The notes under the pieces: model-generated
The model's input: only the letters and a program-made list of their open reading frames with translations
The model's database searches: none
What the model was told of the DNA's origin: nothing
Source of the DNA: Hormiphora californensis
Taxonomy: Eukaryota > Animalia > Ctenophora
DNA length: 64,000 nucleotides
Direction: 5' to 3'
Assembly (NCBI GenBank): GCA_020137815.1
Contig: CM035355.1
Span: 3,348,001-3,412,000, forward strand
Shown here: in pieces, positions 10,856-22,311 of the stretch
How the letters are laid out: each line of letters starts with the position of its first letter
Numbering within the stretch: the first letter of the stretch is position 1
Made by a program: the position numbers and the translations under genes

Positions 10856-13171
10856 GTCTGTCGTCTGCCTGTCTTTCTGCCTCTCTGTCTGTCTCTAGCT
10901 CTCTGTCTCTAGCTCTCTATCTCTAGCTCTCTGTTTGTCTCTCTGACTGACACTGTAATCTCCCCAGGCACTGTATACTAGGCGAGGAGCGGATTACAGA
11001 GGGCGAGTTTGTGTATGTCAGGTGTGACAGTCACCATGGTGACGCCCAGGAGAGTTGGCGTGTAGCCAGGGTGATGGCCCTGTTCGATGATAAGGGATCA
11101 CCCTCAGCACGGGTCATGTGGTTCTATCTCCCTGAGGAGATGGTCGCTAGTAAGAGGGAGCGGGCTTCAATGCATGCTGCGGAGGTGTTCGCCTCCAGTT
11201 GTACCGATACTGTGGATTTGTGTACCTTTGAAGGTAAGAGATTTTGAGATTTTACCACAAGTGGAAGTGACTTTTGACACTTGAAAACGATATAAAACAG
11301 CCTGAACCCCCTCCCGGCTTCTAAATGTTTGATTAAAAGAAACTGAGAACAAAGAATTAAATAGGAATCATTTCAAACAATGATTGCTCCCTTCAATTAC
11401 CAGGTAAAGCAGCAGTGGTGGTTCTTCAATTTAAAGAGAGGATACCTAAAGATCCACCCCCTAACGCTCTCTACTGCAGGAGATACTACGACCCGTACAA
11501 GTAAGTAACATACGGAGTGCTACTGAAATATCGGACCAACAGAGATAAAAAGATTCTGTGATATCGTCCAGAAGAATTTTATCTCTTTAAAAAGTTGGTC
11601 GATCGTACTCTCTCCTAGTGTTGATCTTACATTTTCTTTCCAAAATTAAAATTACGATTTTATCCCGTATAGGAACACGATAAAGCCGTTGAAAAATGCT
11701 CTAAGTGCAACTGACTTATCAATATTACCTGAGCCAAGGAAACAAGCAACTAAGGGCACACCAAGGGGAAAGGTAAGGAATCACTTCCTCAAACTCACCA
11801 TGTCTATAATATGACTTGACTAGGAGACATGATTATTGTTCCCATATAACTATTTTGTCTCCTGGCCCTTGATATTTAACGGAATACTTACATATTGAAT
11901 TCTAAATTTTATTACTATTTTAGGGTGATACATCTCTAACTAGAAGTCCAGCCACCGCATCTCCCATCTCCACCGGTTCACCCCGATCTACTCGAAGGGC
12001 AGCTAAATCAGATGCCGTCTCTAAACTCCTCACCAGTAATTTTGAACCACCCTCATCTCCCGTACAATCAAACTCCTCCGGGTTCCCTGGATCACCGGTC
12101 AGTGGAACGGTGGACTCTCCACAGAGAACGGTGGACTATCCACAGAGGATGGACTCTCCACAAATAGAGAGCCCAGTCCCCTCTCCCGCTGGGGATCTCC
12201 CTCCATCGGACTCACCGGGTTCCCAAGCTAGTACAGCAACTTTGGATAACACTGCACTTTCCGTTAATATTGTTGAATCTCAAGCGGTTACCATGGAGAC
12301 AAAGGTTTCCATGGAGACGCCAGTAATTAACTGTGGAGTTGAAACAGAACCCATATCACCCGTTACAGCCCCGGTTGACATCTCTACAAGCGCTAACCTC
12401 GCCACAGGGACAATAATCTCCCAATCTAACAACAACTCCAAACAGGCAACTACTACTCCAGCTATTTCTACAGTACCCACTCGAATTACAACCGCCCCGT
12501 CTATTGAAGTACATGCTAGCAGTAATGCTCCTGCAAGCACAGTGCCAGCTACTATTTCTGCAACTACTGTACCTGTTATAGGAACTAGTTTATCTGTAGC
12601 AGCTGTACCTTCTTCCACAGTACACTACACAGCAGTGCCTGCTGTAGCACCTACTGCCGTTCCTGTATTAGCTAACACCGTACCCAAAACAACAGTGCCC
12701 GTTCCCGTAACTCCTGTTCTACCTACTGTCGTTCCCGTCAATGTTGCAATCCCTAATGCCGTTCCTGTAGCCCCTTCTGTCCCACTCACCGCAATACCTA
12801 CACCAGTTCCCCCCTTCGTTCCAGTGATTGTCTCCGCCGTATCTCTCAGTCCCACTACAACACCCACTACAACATCTGTTCATGGATCCTCAACTCAGTG
12901 TGTTGATCTGCAACAACAGATGCAGCAATCGACCTTCCAGAACACGCCCCAAGTCTTGAACCAGCTGCTACAAAATTCTCAAGCCCTCAGCAGGCTACTC
13001 CAAAGCCCTCCTCCTCAAGTCTCTAACCAACTACTACAAAATCCTCCTCCGATTGCCAATCAGTTGCTTCAAAACTCAACACCGCCATCAGCTGGTCAAA
13101 TTGTTAGGGAACGGAAACCCTCAGTGACAGTAGAAACTTTGGGGGTAGTAGATAATGGGGATGAACCTTAG
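6972..13171 (+). CDS. Multi-BAH-domain chromatin-reader protein (4 BAH modules, long S/T/P/V-rich disordered regions)
   Basis: About 15 GT-AG exons. BAH motifs: VRIGNILKFY...VLVRWYFKDEDL...HEIYLT; YKIGDFVLLR...GQLIYFPSE...HPQEVVVS; FRMGDYVTLQ; EGEFVYVR...WRVARVMALFDDKGSPSARVMWFYLPEE...AEVFASSCTDTVDLCTFEGKAAV...LYCRRYYDPYK. The last exon is ORF 12110-13171. Confidence 0.85.
10760..10950. repeat. Intronic (TCTG)n microsatellite
   Basis: Direct reading. Confidence 0.9.
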
Positions 13172-13353
13172 TGTGTAATGTGCCCTAATTTATGCTAAAT
13201 TATATCAACAACACGGATTTATTAGACTGGGAGATTGTTTTTAACTATTTATAATCTAATTTCGCTATACCTAGCCACATTTTCCAAAGCCTAGATTTTC
13301 TGATATATATCTATCATCTATAACTTGTAGTATTTAACAATTTTATAGCGAGA

Positions 13354-13829
13354 ATGGCGAGAATGGATCCCAAGCGATTTACACCATTTGGTGACTTTGC
13401 CCGATGGATGCGGACAAGTGACTATAACCAGGCTACTGCTTCAGCGGTCGTGCTCAGTGCAATGATGTATTTCGCATATCGCCACACGTCAAAAGAAAGC
13501 GTAAGTTGAATTGATCATACTTTTTATTGGGAGCGTGTGACACCATGTGAGTAACTAAAAGTGAAGCACTAGCCAGCGTCCTCGTAGAAGAAGAAGAAGA
13601 AGCTATAAATTTTCGAGCCTAGACTCCGTTGTTGGTAACTCTCCCTTCCCCTATTGATCGGTTGGTTAGCTTTAACCCTCCCTAACATCAGAGGCAGGCA
13701 GTCAGCGAGATTGATCAAGTCAGAGAGAACATCAGAAAGGAGACAGAGAGGATACGAGGTATTTTAGCAGAACGAGAGAAACAGCTACAACAAGCTAGTA
13801 TAACGGACTCTGTCAATTCAGAAACTTGA
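13354..13829 (+). CDS. Small single-TM coiled-coil protein, 94 aa (PET100/PET117-like architecture; identity unconfirmed)
   Basis: Exon 1 13354-13500 (147 nt) ends at GTAAGT. Exon 2 13692-13829 (138 nt) follows CAG, in phase. Protein: MARMDPKRFTPFGDFARWMRTSDYNQATASAVVLSAMMYFAYRHTSKESRQAVSEIDQVRENIRKETERIRGILAEREKQLQQASITDSVNSET*. Absent from the ORF track. Confidence 0.7.
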
Positions 13830-14332
13830 ATAGTGAGGTGTGATGGGATTTGTTTGTTAATTTATTATTTTGTACTGTTTGGTATTGCTGCTATCACATT
13901 TGAGAATTGAGATACTGATCGTTGAGGTTTTGGGCATCTGAATATAATCCACTAAGTCTTCTTCTTTCTCTATCCTTAGTCCAGATACCATCTCTTCCTT
14001 ATCCATTATCCCTCATCATTCCCTTTTCTCACTATCCCCCTCATCCGACATCCCCCTTATCTCAATACCCCAATCCCTTGATATAAGCAATGTGAGAATG
14101 GTGTATGTCGGTGCGTCACATTCTAACGACTGTTTCTAACAACGCCCTCCCAATCACTGTCGCTGTCCTTGCATGCGGAACTGTCTATCTACTACGCAAG
14201 GTATTGTTTAGCAGTAGTAAGTAAGGTATTAAGTTTGTCTGATGTTTTGTTTTTACATAGATTCGACCGACTTCAGTATCTTCAGTATTGAGTACTAAAT
14301 TCTCCCCCCTCGTCTAGTACCAGTATCGCGTA

Positions 14333-16738
14333 ATGGGATCGGAGACCAATATCTCACTTGAAGCCACCCTAAACACCCTAAACAACACTATAAACAACAC
14401 GATAAACGACTATACAGCGGGGTTTACAGAAGAAGGGAAATCTTGTATACAGGATGGGGTTATAGAGGTAGGTGTAGTTCTTGTAACAATGCTATTACTA
14501 CTAGTACGCTGTACAATTTTGTGGAATCTTAGTTTGTTCCTATCAGTAAATCCCATAATCCCCCACTAATTGCTAGGCAGGTCCTACTCCCTCCCTACTC
14601 CCTTGTTCCCCCACTAGGTGCTAGGCAGGTCCTACTCTCTCCCTGAGGACCGAGAGGCCTACGAAGAGGATGTCGAAAGCTTCCTCTGGTTTTCATATCG
14701 GCGGAATTTCAGGGCAATAGGGGGAACACAGTTTACATCTGACAGAGGATGGGGCTGTATGTTGAGATGTATTCAGATGTTGTACTCACACACCCTCATC
14801 AGACATTCCTTTAGCAGGGACTGGAGGTAAGGGATGGGAAATATTTAGAAATATATTTTTCGTTTAACATTCACCGTCCACGGTGTATTGAGATTCTATC
14901 ACGTATTTCAGTTATGTGACATGTTTCACCTATAATTTTAGATGGAAGTTTTGTCCTAAGTACAATGCCATTCTAAGAGATTTTCTGGATGATCCTAATG
15001 GGCTTTATTCTATCCAGCAAATTGGTAAGTGTTTTTATCAGGAAAGTTTTGAAAAATACGTTGCTGTTTCTGAGCTGTAGTAACTCCTCTCTTTGAACCT
15101 CTGTTATTACAAAATTTCTCCTCTATCGCAGTTAGCTAACTCTCTCTCTCTGCTCCCAGTACAACAGCCCCTAACTTTCTACCATCACAGCCCTAACTCT
15201 GTCTCTCCCCCTTCAGCAAAGGCAGGCTGCTCGGCGGGTAAAGATGTCGGAACATGGTTCGGTCCTAACACAGCTGCCCAATCTATCCGGGTCCTATCCG
15301 AATTCCACAAGGATCTGAATCTGAATGTGCAAGTTGTCATGGACAACTTCATGTGTATCGAGGACATAGGTACAGTTTGTCATACTTTCTCAATGAACAC
15401 AATATGATAGTTTTGTCATACTATCATTGAACTTTTTTCTTTACCTCACCCCTTTCACACCTCTCCCTGCTTACATCAATCTCTCTCCCTCACCTCTCTC
15501 TCCTCGCAGTGTTCTTCAGCTCGAATGAACATACTGGAGAGTGGGTTCCCCTCCTCTTACTAATACCACTAAGACTGGGTCTCTCCGAGTGCAACAACAT
15601 CTATATGGAACCAATAAAGGTTTGGGGATACAGTTATATGCGATGATTTTACTTGCCTTAGTTTTACAAAACTATTGAAATCTTGAATTGAAGTATTTAG
15701 ATCCCAGTCATAACCCTTCAACTCTCCAGGCAGTGTTTTGATCTACCCCACAATGTTGGTGCAGTGGGAGGGAGGCCCAACTCTGCCTTCTACTTTATTG
15801 GTTACCAGGGCGACAGACTACTCTACCTAGACCCCCATGTCACACAGGAATCCCTTAGTCCTGACTCAATCGACCTTGACAGGTGAGAGATGATAGTATC
15901 ACCACTTTATTTTATGGTCTCTAGGAGAATCCAGAATTATGTTGAATGGGTGCTAGAAATGAAGCTCTATTAGTATCTTCACCTATTTAAAACTGTTTTC
16001 AGGATTCCTGATGAGAGTTATCATACCCGGAAGGTAGATTTATTACCATGGGAACAACTTGACCCTTCAATCGCCCTGGCTTTCTATTGTCGGACAAGGA
16101 ACGACTTTGATGAGCTGTGTGGGGAACTTAGAGCGGTGGGTTTTATAGAGATTAGTTTTAGTAGAGTCCCTCATTTGATAGTGGCTCCCCTCAAACTATC
16201 TAAATCAAATATATGGACCCCCTCCCCTAGCCCTCTAACTTATCTAATTCTTTTCAGGATATCACGTCGGGACCAAGTTCACTATTCGAAATGGCAGAAG
16301 AACGGCCTTCATACATGACCCCGCCCCGTAGACATCCACTAGACAAACTACCCGAAAACTATACCGGTAAATTGTAGAGATAGTGTATCACAAGACTCAG
16401 TACTACTGATGTACATTGCGACATGGTTGTAGGGCGCGAGTATTCTGTAGCACAGCAAGGATCCATATTATCGCGCGGAGTACTTGATCCTTCTCTCTCA
16501 CAGTTCGCGCGCTTACACTGTCGCTGTTTGGTCGATATGAGACCAAAACAGTCACCGGCCACGCCTTGTCACAATGTCCAATGCTACTGCAGCAATAATT
16601 GCTAGTTTTAACTCTTTCTGTACTAGATGATGATCTTAATCCCGATCTTATCTCCCTTCAGCCGAATACGAAGATTTGAACACAGAGGATGCGGCAGATA
16701 CGGATTCAGACGGATTTGAGATCATTTCGAACTCGTAA
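14333..16738 (+). CDS. ATG4: Autophagy cysteine protease ATG4 (peptidase C54)
   Basis: 9 exons. Motifs: LWFSYRRNF, catalytic TSDRGWGCMLR, GTWFGPNT, LLLLIPLRLG, GGRPNSAFYFIG, LYLDPH (catalytic Asp/His), LDPSIALAFYC. C-terminal LIR-like DSDGFEII. Confidence 0.95.
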
Positions 16739-17669
16739 AAAGATTGAAACAGCAGAGCTGATCTGTTTTGTACGAGCTAGGGGGAAACGAGAAACTTGTT
16801 TTTTGCAGGATGTAGAGAATTTATTGCTAAAAAGAGAGACGTTTGTGATTAATGACATCAATTTGTAATTCTGTGACAGCCTCAGAGTGTATTGTGTAGA
16901 ACTGTAGAGCCCAGTGTAATATCTAGATATATTATATCGAGAATTCTAGCAACGTTTCGTGATTGTGGGAGTTTTTGTCGATTATATTTGTTGTGCCAGA
17001 TTTTTTTTCAGTTAAAGTAAATTATCGTGTTTTTAGTACATTCCTGGGGTTATTTGGACGAGGGCCTGTCAATGCGATGCTTGACCTCTCAAACAAGGTA
17101 TATTGTCTTCCGAGGGTTATTGAGTATCACACCTTATGGCAGCGACTGCTCGTGACAGTGTAACTTGATGAATCATGTGCATTATATATGTGTTAAAGGT
17201 GATGTTTCCGTTGCGAAATTGTCTGTGTGGCGGCGCCGACCCGTCACCCAATATGGGAAACAACGTTGTGTATTGTGTGGGTCTGTGAGGGTTCGGTAGA
17301 TCAATCAAAACTGGGTCTGGCGCCGCGACACAGGAAAATAATGGATACATTATTTGGGATGGTAAAACAGAGAAAAAGGGAACTATGTACAAGATACACA
17401 CACCGTTCAAATATATCACACACATGAAGTGTTTACTTACAAACATATCATAGCACGCCTACTACGACCTATACCTACTATAAGAATTGACCTGCAACAC
17501 TTATATGTCTGAATCACACACATTTTCTGTCGTCCAAAACTGGGCACTCAGTTCAAATTAATTGGCGTGTTGCTAACCCTTCATAAGTTTTTACTCTGGC
17601 ATGTTCCTCCTGACAAACAATGAAACATGTGTTGTCTTATTATGTCACTTTGCTTGCATCAACTTCAAG

Positions 17670-20600
17670 TTATGACACAGTAACCCGATTGTCCTTAGCC
17701 CATTTCTTCATAATCCTGATGATGTATTCCACCTGTGCGTTACCAGTGTTTCTCAGTATAGCCAACACTTCACGCAGCGTCTCCCTGAAGAATTGATAGA
17801 ATTAGGTTTAGGGTAATAACGGGGCATCTGCCTTTCGACGGGCGTGGTGACGTACTGAAATAAAAATTAATCTATAGAACAGGAACCGACCGAAATAAGT
17901 AAACAACCAATCAGAACTCGTTATTTAGGTCATGTGACTGGTTATCAGCCAATCAGGGACCAGTATTTCCTGATTCGGTCGGTTCCTGCTATAGAAATAA
18001 TAAAATCGTACATGATATTCACCTTGGTTCATGTCCAGCAATGATCTGTTGAAACAGCCCAATACACGCTCCCCTCTTTCCCTCCCAATACTCCGGATTA
18101 GGATCCAACCTCTCCAACACATCAAACGCCTTGGCAGAGTAATAAAACTGTCCCATTTTATAGCAATCATTAGCTATCAACTGCAGTAGACTGAAACTCT
18201 CGCTGCTCGTTTCCTGTTTTAGATACAACTCCCAGGCAAGGCGAGGCTTCCTATTCATGATGTAACATCTAGCCAGCCATCCCAAATACACATAATCACT
18301 CTTCAACTTCTCGCTCTGGATCATCAAGAAGATTTCCTCAGCCTCCTTGTAGTTTCCTGTGGCAGCTTTAGCCTGGCCACAGTTGTAGTTGAATGGGTCC
18401 TCGTTGTAGAAATATGATTTGATGGAGTTGAGATATATTAGGACATCCTCGAACTGCTTTAGTAGGAAGTAGCAGCTGGCCATACACTGGCGACCCGGAA
18501 TAGTGTCGCATTCACTTGCACTACCACCCACCAACTAGAGAGGGAGGGAGTTAGGTGTATAATTGGCTTCTTAGGGGAGGTGTGGTGTATTGGCTTCTTC
18601 AAAGTTTGGATAATTCCTTCTTTCTTTGTTGAGTAACACCCTTCCCCCTTACTCAACAATTCTTTCTAGTTTCTACAACGATCAATTGACATCTCTATAA
18701 GTACCTGGAAGTATTGTTGTGCAATTTTGATGTGATCGTTGAGACCCTGTTCCTGGCCCAGAGAGGCATTTACAACACCCTTCAGGATATATTCTTGTGG
18801 TGTTGTCGGGGAAATATCCTTGAACAGATTATAAGCTTCCTGGATATCCTCTTGTCGTAGGTAGTAGATAACAAGGTTTAGCCGGGCCTCTGGTATAACG
18901 TCAATAAGGGGTGGCAGGACCTGTAGGGCACTTTCACCTCCTCTGAACACTACCTGAGGGAGGGAGATTGTTAGGCTCATACCTAGTGGCCATGACTCAA
19001 TTGAAATTTGTAGGATCGAGTGAAGGAGATTAAAGTGGGGGAGGGAGATTATAATTAGGAGTTAGGACATGACTCAGTTGTAGGTTGGTAATGAAATTAC
19101 CCCTCTGTAAAAGGGGTGACTTCGTAACCAAGTTGTAGGGGTGAGTGAGTGAAACATGGCTATTTCGAAATAACATTTACTTACCAGATTGTGCTTGATG
19201 AGATCGGCAGCAAATTTGAAACTAGGAGAACACAAGTCAGAGAGATTCTTGAGCTCAGCCTCTGCTGCTTTTCCGTTGTACAGTCGGAAATGGTTGCATG
19301 CTTTGAGGTTTATAGCAACCGTTGAGTCAGGGAAATGTTGTAGGTAGACTGCCAAAACTTCCTGGAGTTGAGATATGAAATGAAAGTATTGATCAACCTT
19401 GCTATCTAGAGCTCTGATAGCTTCAGGCGAGGAAATGAAGATTGTTCTTCTGACTTATTTGTGTGGAATCTTAATTTGCATAAAGGTCTCTCTTCCTACC
19501 CTACTAATTATCCAGTAACAGTTACCTGTGATACATCGTAGTAATCAAGTTTGTAGTAACACAGGGCAACGTACACATTTAGTGCTAGGAAATCTCTGAA
19601 ATGGGTCATATTCAGTTAGTTTTATGTGGCCTGAAACACACTAGCACTACCACGACACACAGAGGAAAAAGATCTGAAGAGTATACGAAATTACGAAATA
19701 TTATTTTTGGGGGGTCAGGCAAAAAATGTTGGAGTGAGAGAGAAAGGGTGCGTGTTTGTGCTAGCTTGCAATATTTTTTACTGCTTCAGTGTTTTACCAA
19801 GTGCCGTCACACACTTACTTTTTACTCCCTCCATTGGAACTAGAAAATGAGAAAAACACATAAAATATTAAAATCATGAGATGTAAACACTTTTGATGGA
19901 AGTTTCATGGAATAGAAAGAAAATAAAGTTCTGGAAATAGCTCCGTGTGTCAGAGGCACTTTTGAGTTGTAGGAAATTAGGACAAGCTTGGTGGGCTACA
20001 CTGTCCACCAGACCTGTAAGTGTGAGGGACAGTGTATCAAGTCAAAGGACAAGCACCTCCGAAAAACCGTCAGGGTCACATAAACACCCAGCGGTCCTAA
20101 TATGGTATGTCCCCATAGCAACTGCGCAGACACACACTGCTGAAGTGGTGCGCTTTCATCAGAAGCGAAGCGCGGCGCGCGCAGGGATTCAGAGAGGAGG
20201 AGTGTGTCCCGACACAGCCCATGATACATTACACACCCGACAAGCATGAAGTTTTTAAATGTTCCGACTTTTACAAATCTGTCACAATATGAGCAGGGGC
20301 CTCTCACCTGTTTTCAAGTAGTACACGCTTGTAAATATCGATTGCCTCTTGGTAATGACTCCGAAGGTAGTGGATGGATGCCAGACTGAGCTGAAAAAAG
20401 AAACAGAAAATATGAATATATTTAGGAGGTGAAAATGATATTTAACGGTTGAATTGCACCACATTTAACCTACCTGATCTTCTACAATGTCCTGTAAATT
20501 CTTGTGAAAGCTCATCAGCTTCTTCTCATCATTAAATTTGTGTGATAAATGGAAGAGAAGACGATTCTGGAGCTTTGAGGATTTGGGGCCTTTCGCACTG

Positions 20601-21418
20601 GCAGCCTCCGCTTCTTTGTACATTCCTGAAACACAATGGGTCAATTTACATGGCACATGCCCCATTGCCAAGAGTAGCACAGAGTGCTATAACCGAATTA
20701 AGAAATACAGTTTAGTAAACCAGACACAAGTAAAACTTATTGTAAAAGATTTTGAATCATTTAGGGGAGGGGTTGCCTAGCTAGACTGTGTTTCGCGCGC
20801 CCCACCCTTCTTTACAAATGTAAAGGAGGGTTAGAACATAACAAGGGAGTAACTGATGATGATTGGTTGTAGAACGCCCCGACAACAACTCACCCAGAAA
20901 GAACATGCAGCATCCCAGGAACACCCACACTTCTGGGGGAGCTCCTTTTGTTTCTGATAGCGTCTTGTACTCCTATAGGCAGGGATATATTGATTAGGAT
21001 CTAATCAATTGTACAGTACATTCTATCAATTCAGGCTTTTTTAAACTAAGCAAATTCCCTGGCATCTGCTTACCGCCATTGCTTTTTTGTAGTCCCCCAA
21101 ATGAAAGTGGCAATAAGCTGCCCACATCGCGAGCTCAATACTACTTTTATTGTTTGCCCTCTCGAACTCTAACAGTGTTGCAGCACCCGTGTAATCCCTC
21201 ACGGAAATGAAGTCCTCCAGTTTTGGCAGCTTCTTCTTCTTTTTCTCCTTCTCCTCCACAGTGGCAGGACCTGCAGCCGGCTTTGATCTGGACAACAACT
21301 GGAGAGAGGGAGATATTATACTTATGGAATTGGTTAAATTCATTACATCATTTTGTGGGGTTAGTTACGGGTAGCCCCCATTCAGATTGATTTTGATTTT
21401 CCAGACATAACTTACCAT
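17670..21418 (-). CDS. TTC26: Intraflagellar transport protein 56 (TPR protein 26, IFT-B)
   Basis: 10 exons. The first coding exon is the ATG alone (21416-21418, then GTAAGT). Motifs: LSRSKPA...PKLEDF...[138 protein letters not shown]. Confidence 0.97.
17880..17988. mobile_element. hAT-type MITE (109 bp) in the last intron of TTC26
   Basis: TIR CAGGAACCGACCGAA / TTCGGTCGGTTCCTG, with an exact 8-bp TSD CTATAGAA (17872-17879 and 17989-17996). Confidence 0.92.
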
Positions 21419-21652
21419 CTTGGAACGATTCCTTTACTAGCTAAGAGGAAGAAATGTGGTTAGAATGGAAAAATTAGGGTTGTACTAATTCTTGAACAGA
21501 AAACTGAGAGTTGAGGGAATATGAAATCTGAAAACATTTTTCGTCTGAAACACAATCACGTACTGTACATATTTCATAACAAATGAAAATCTGGAACCCA
21601 GGTCTTGAAACACATATTCTGAACTGAATCTCAACTACATATTTGATATATT

Positions 21653-22102
21653 TCACCCGGTTTGGTAGGAGAGAGTTAAATCCCCCACTTTGTGTGTTAT
21701 CACCTCACCCTCACTACTACTCTCATCTTCACTCTCACTCTCATTCCCACTATCCCCACTACCCTCACTACTACTATCACTACTACTATCACTATCAGTC
21801 CACCTCCCCTTCTCCTCTTGTTCCTCTAACTGTGCCATTCTCTCCACAACAGCTGAGTGGATCTCCTTGCACAGTGCGTGATCTGGTTCAACTCGCAATA
21901 CAAGTTGACAGAGATCCCTACATTTGGCGTACTCTTTAGTCATGAGACATGCCACAACCTCGCCCTGGAGCTCAATACTGGCTTTACCTCCGTCCAAGAC
22001 GACAAATTCTGAGCGATCAATGCCAGGTGCAAAGTTGGCAATGTCTGTCTCGTCGATTTCGGAGAGGAATTTGGTGGCTGATGGTTCTTTTCCTGTTGTC
22101 AT
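21653..22102 (-). CDS. ERICH2: Glutamate-rich protein 2 homolog, intronless, 149 aa
   Basis: ASIELQGEVVACLMTKEYAKCRDLCQLVLRVEPDHALCKEI aligns by eye with the ERICH2 core (APLELMAEFL...EYQLAKKLCQMILIYEPEN) and is followed by an acidic S/E/D tail. Confidence 0.75.
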   Translation of the reverse strand: MTTGKEPSATKFLSEIDETDIANFAPGIDRSEFVVLDGGKASIELQGEVVACLMTKEYAKCRDLCQLVLRVEPDHALCKEIHSAVVERMAQLEEQEEKGRWTDSDSSSDSSSEGSGDSGNESESEDESSSEGEVITHKVGDLTLSYQTG

Positions 22103-22311
22103 GGTTCCCTAAATAAAAAGGGAGAAGTTGAAGAAAATGTCTTGAAGAATTAACAAGAAACAATCAATTTGATAAGTGTCATAGAAATACGATAATAAAA
22201 CTGTCAAATACATAGATAAATAAAGAAGTTGTGGAACTACTAATTGGCACTAAGTTTAAAAAAATCAATCATTCATAAATAAATTGCTATGTACGTCAAA
22301 AACATCAAAAC

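Noticed and set aside
6972-13171. ORC1, DNMT1 or polybromo as the identity of the BAH gene
   Set aside because: No Walker A/AAA+, methyltransferase or bromodomain motifs were found in the spliced product.
19640-20260. GC-richer insert with 100-aa ORFs on both strands in a TTC26 intron
   Set aside because: No recognisable domain or clear termini. Probably a repeat fragment, but it cannot be classified from this window alone.
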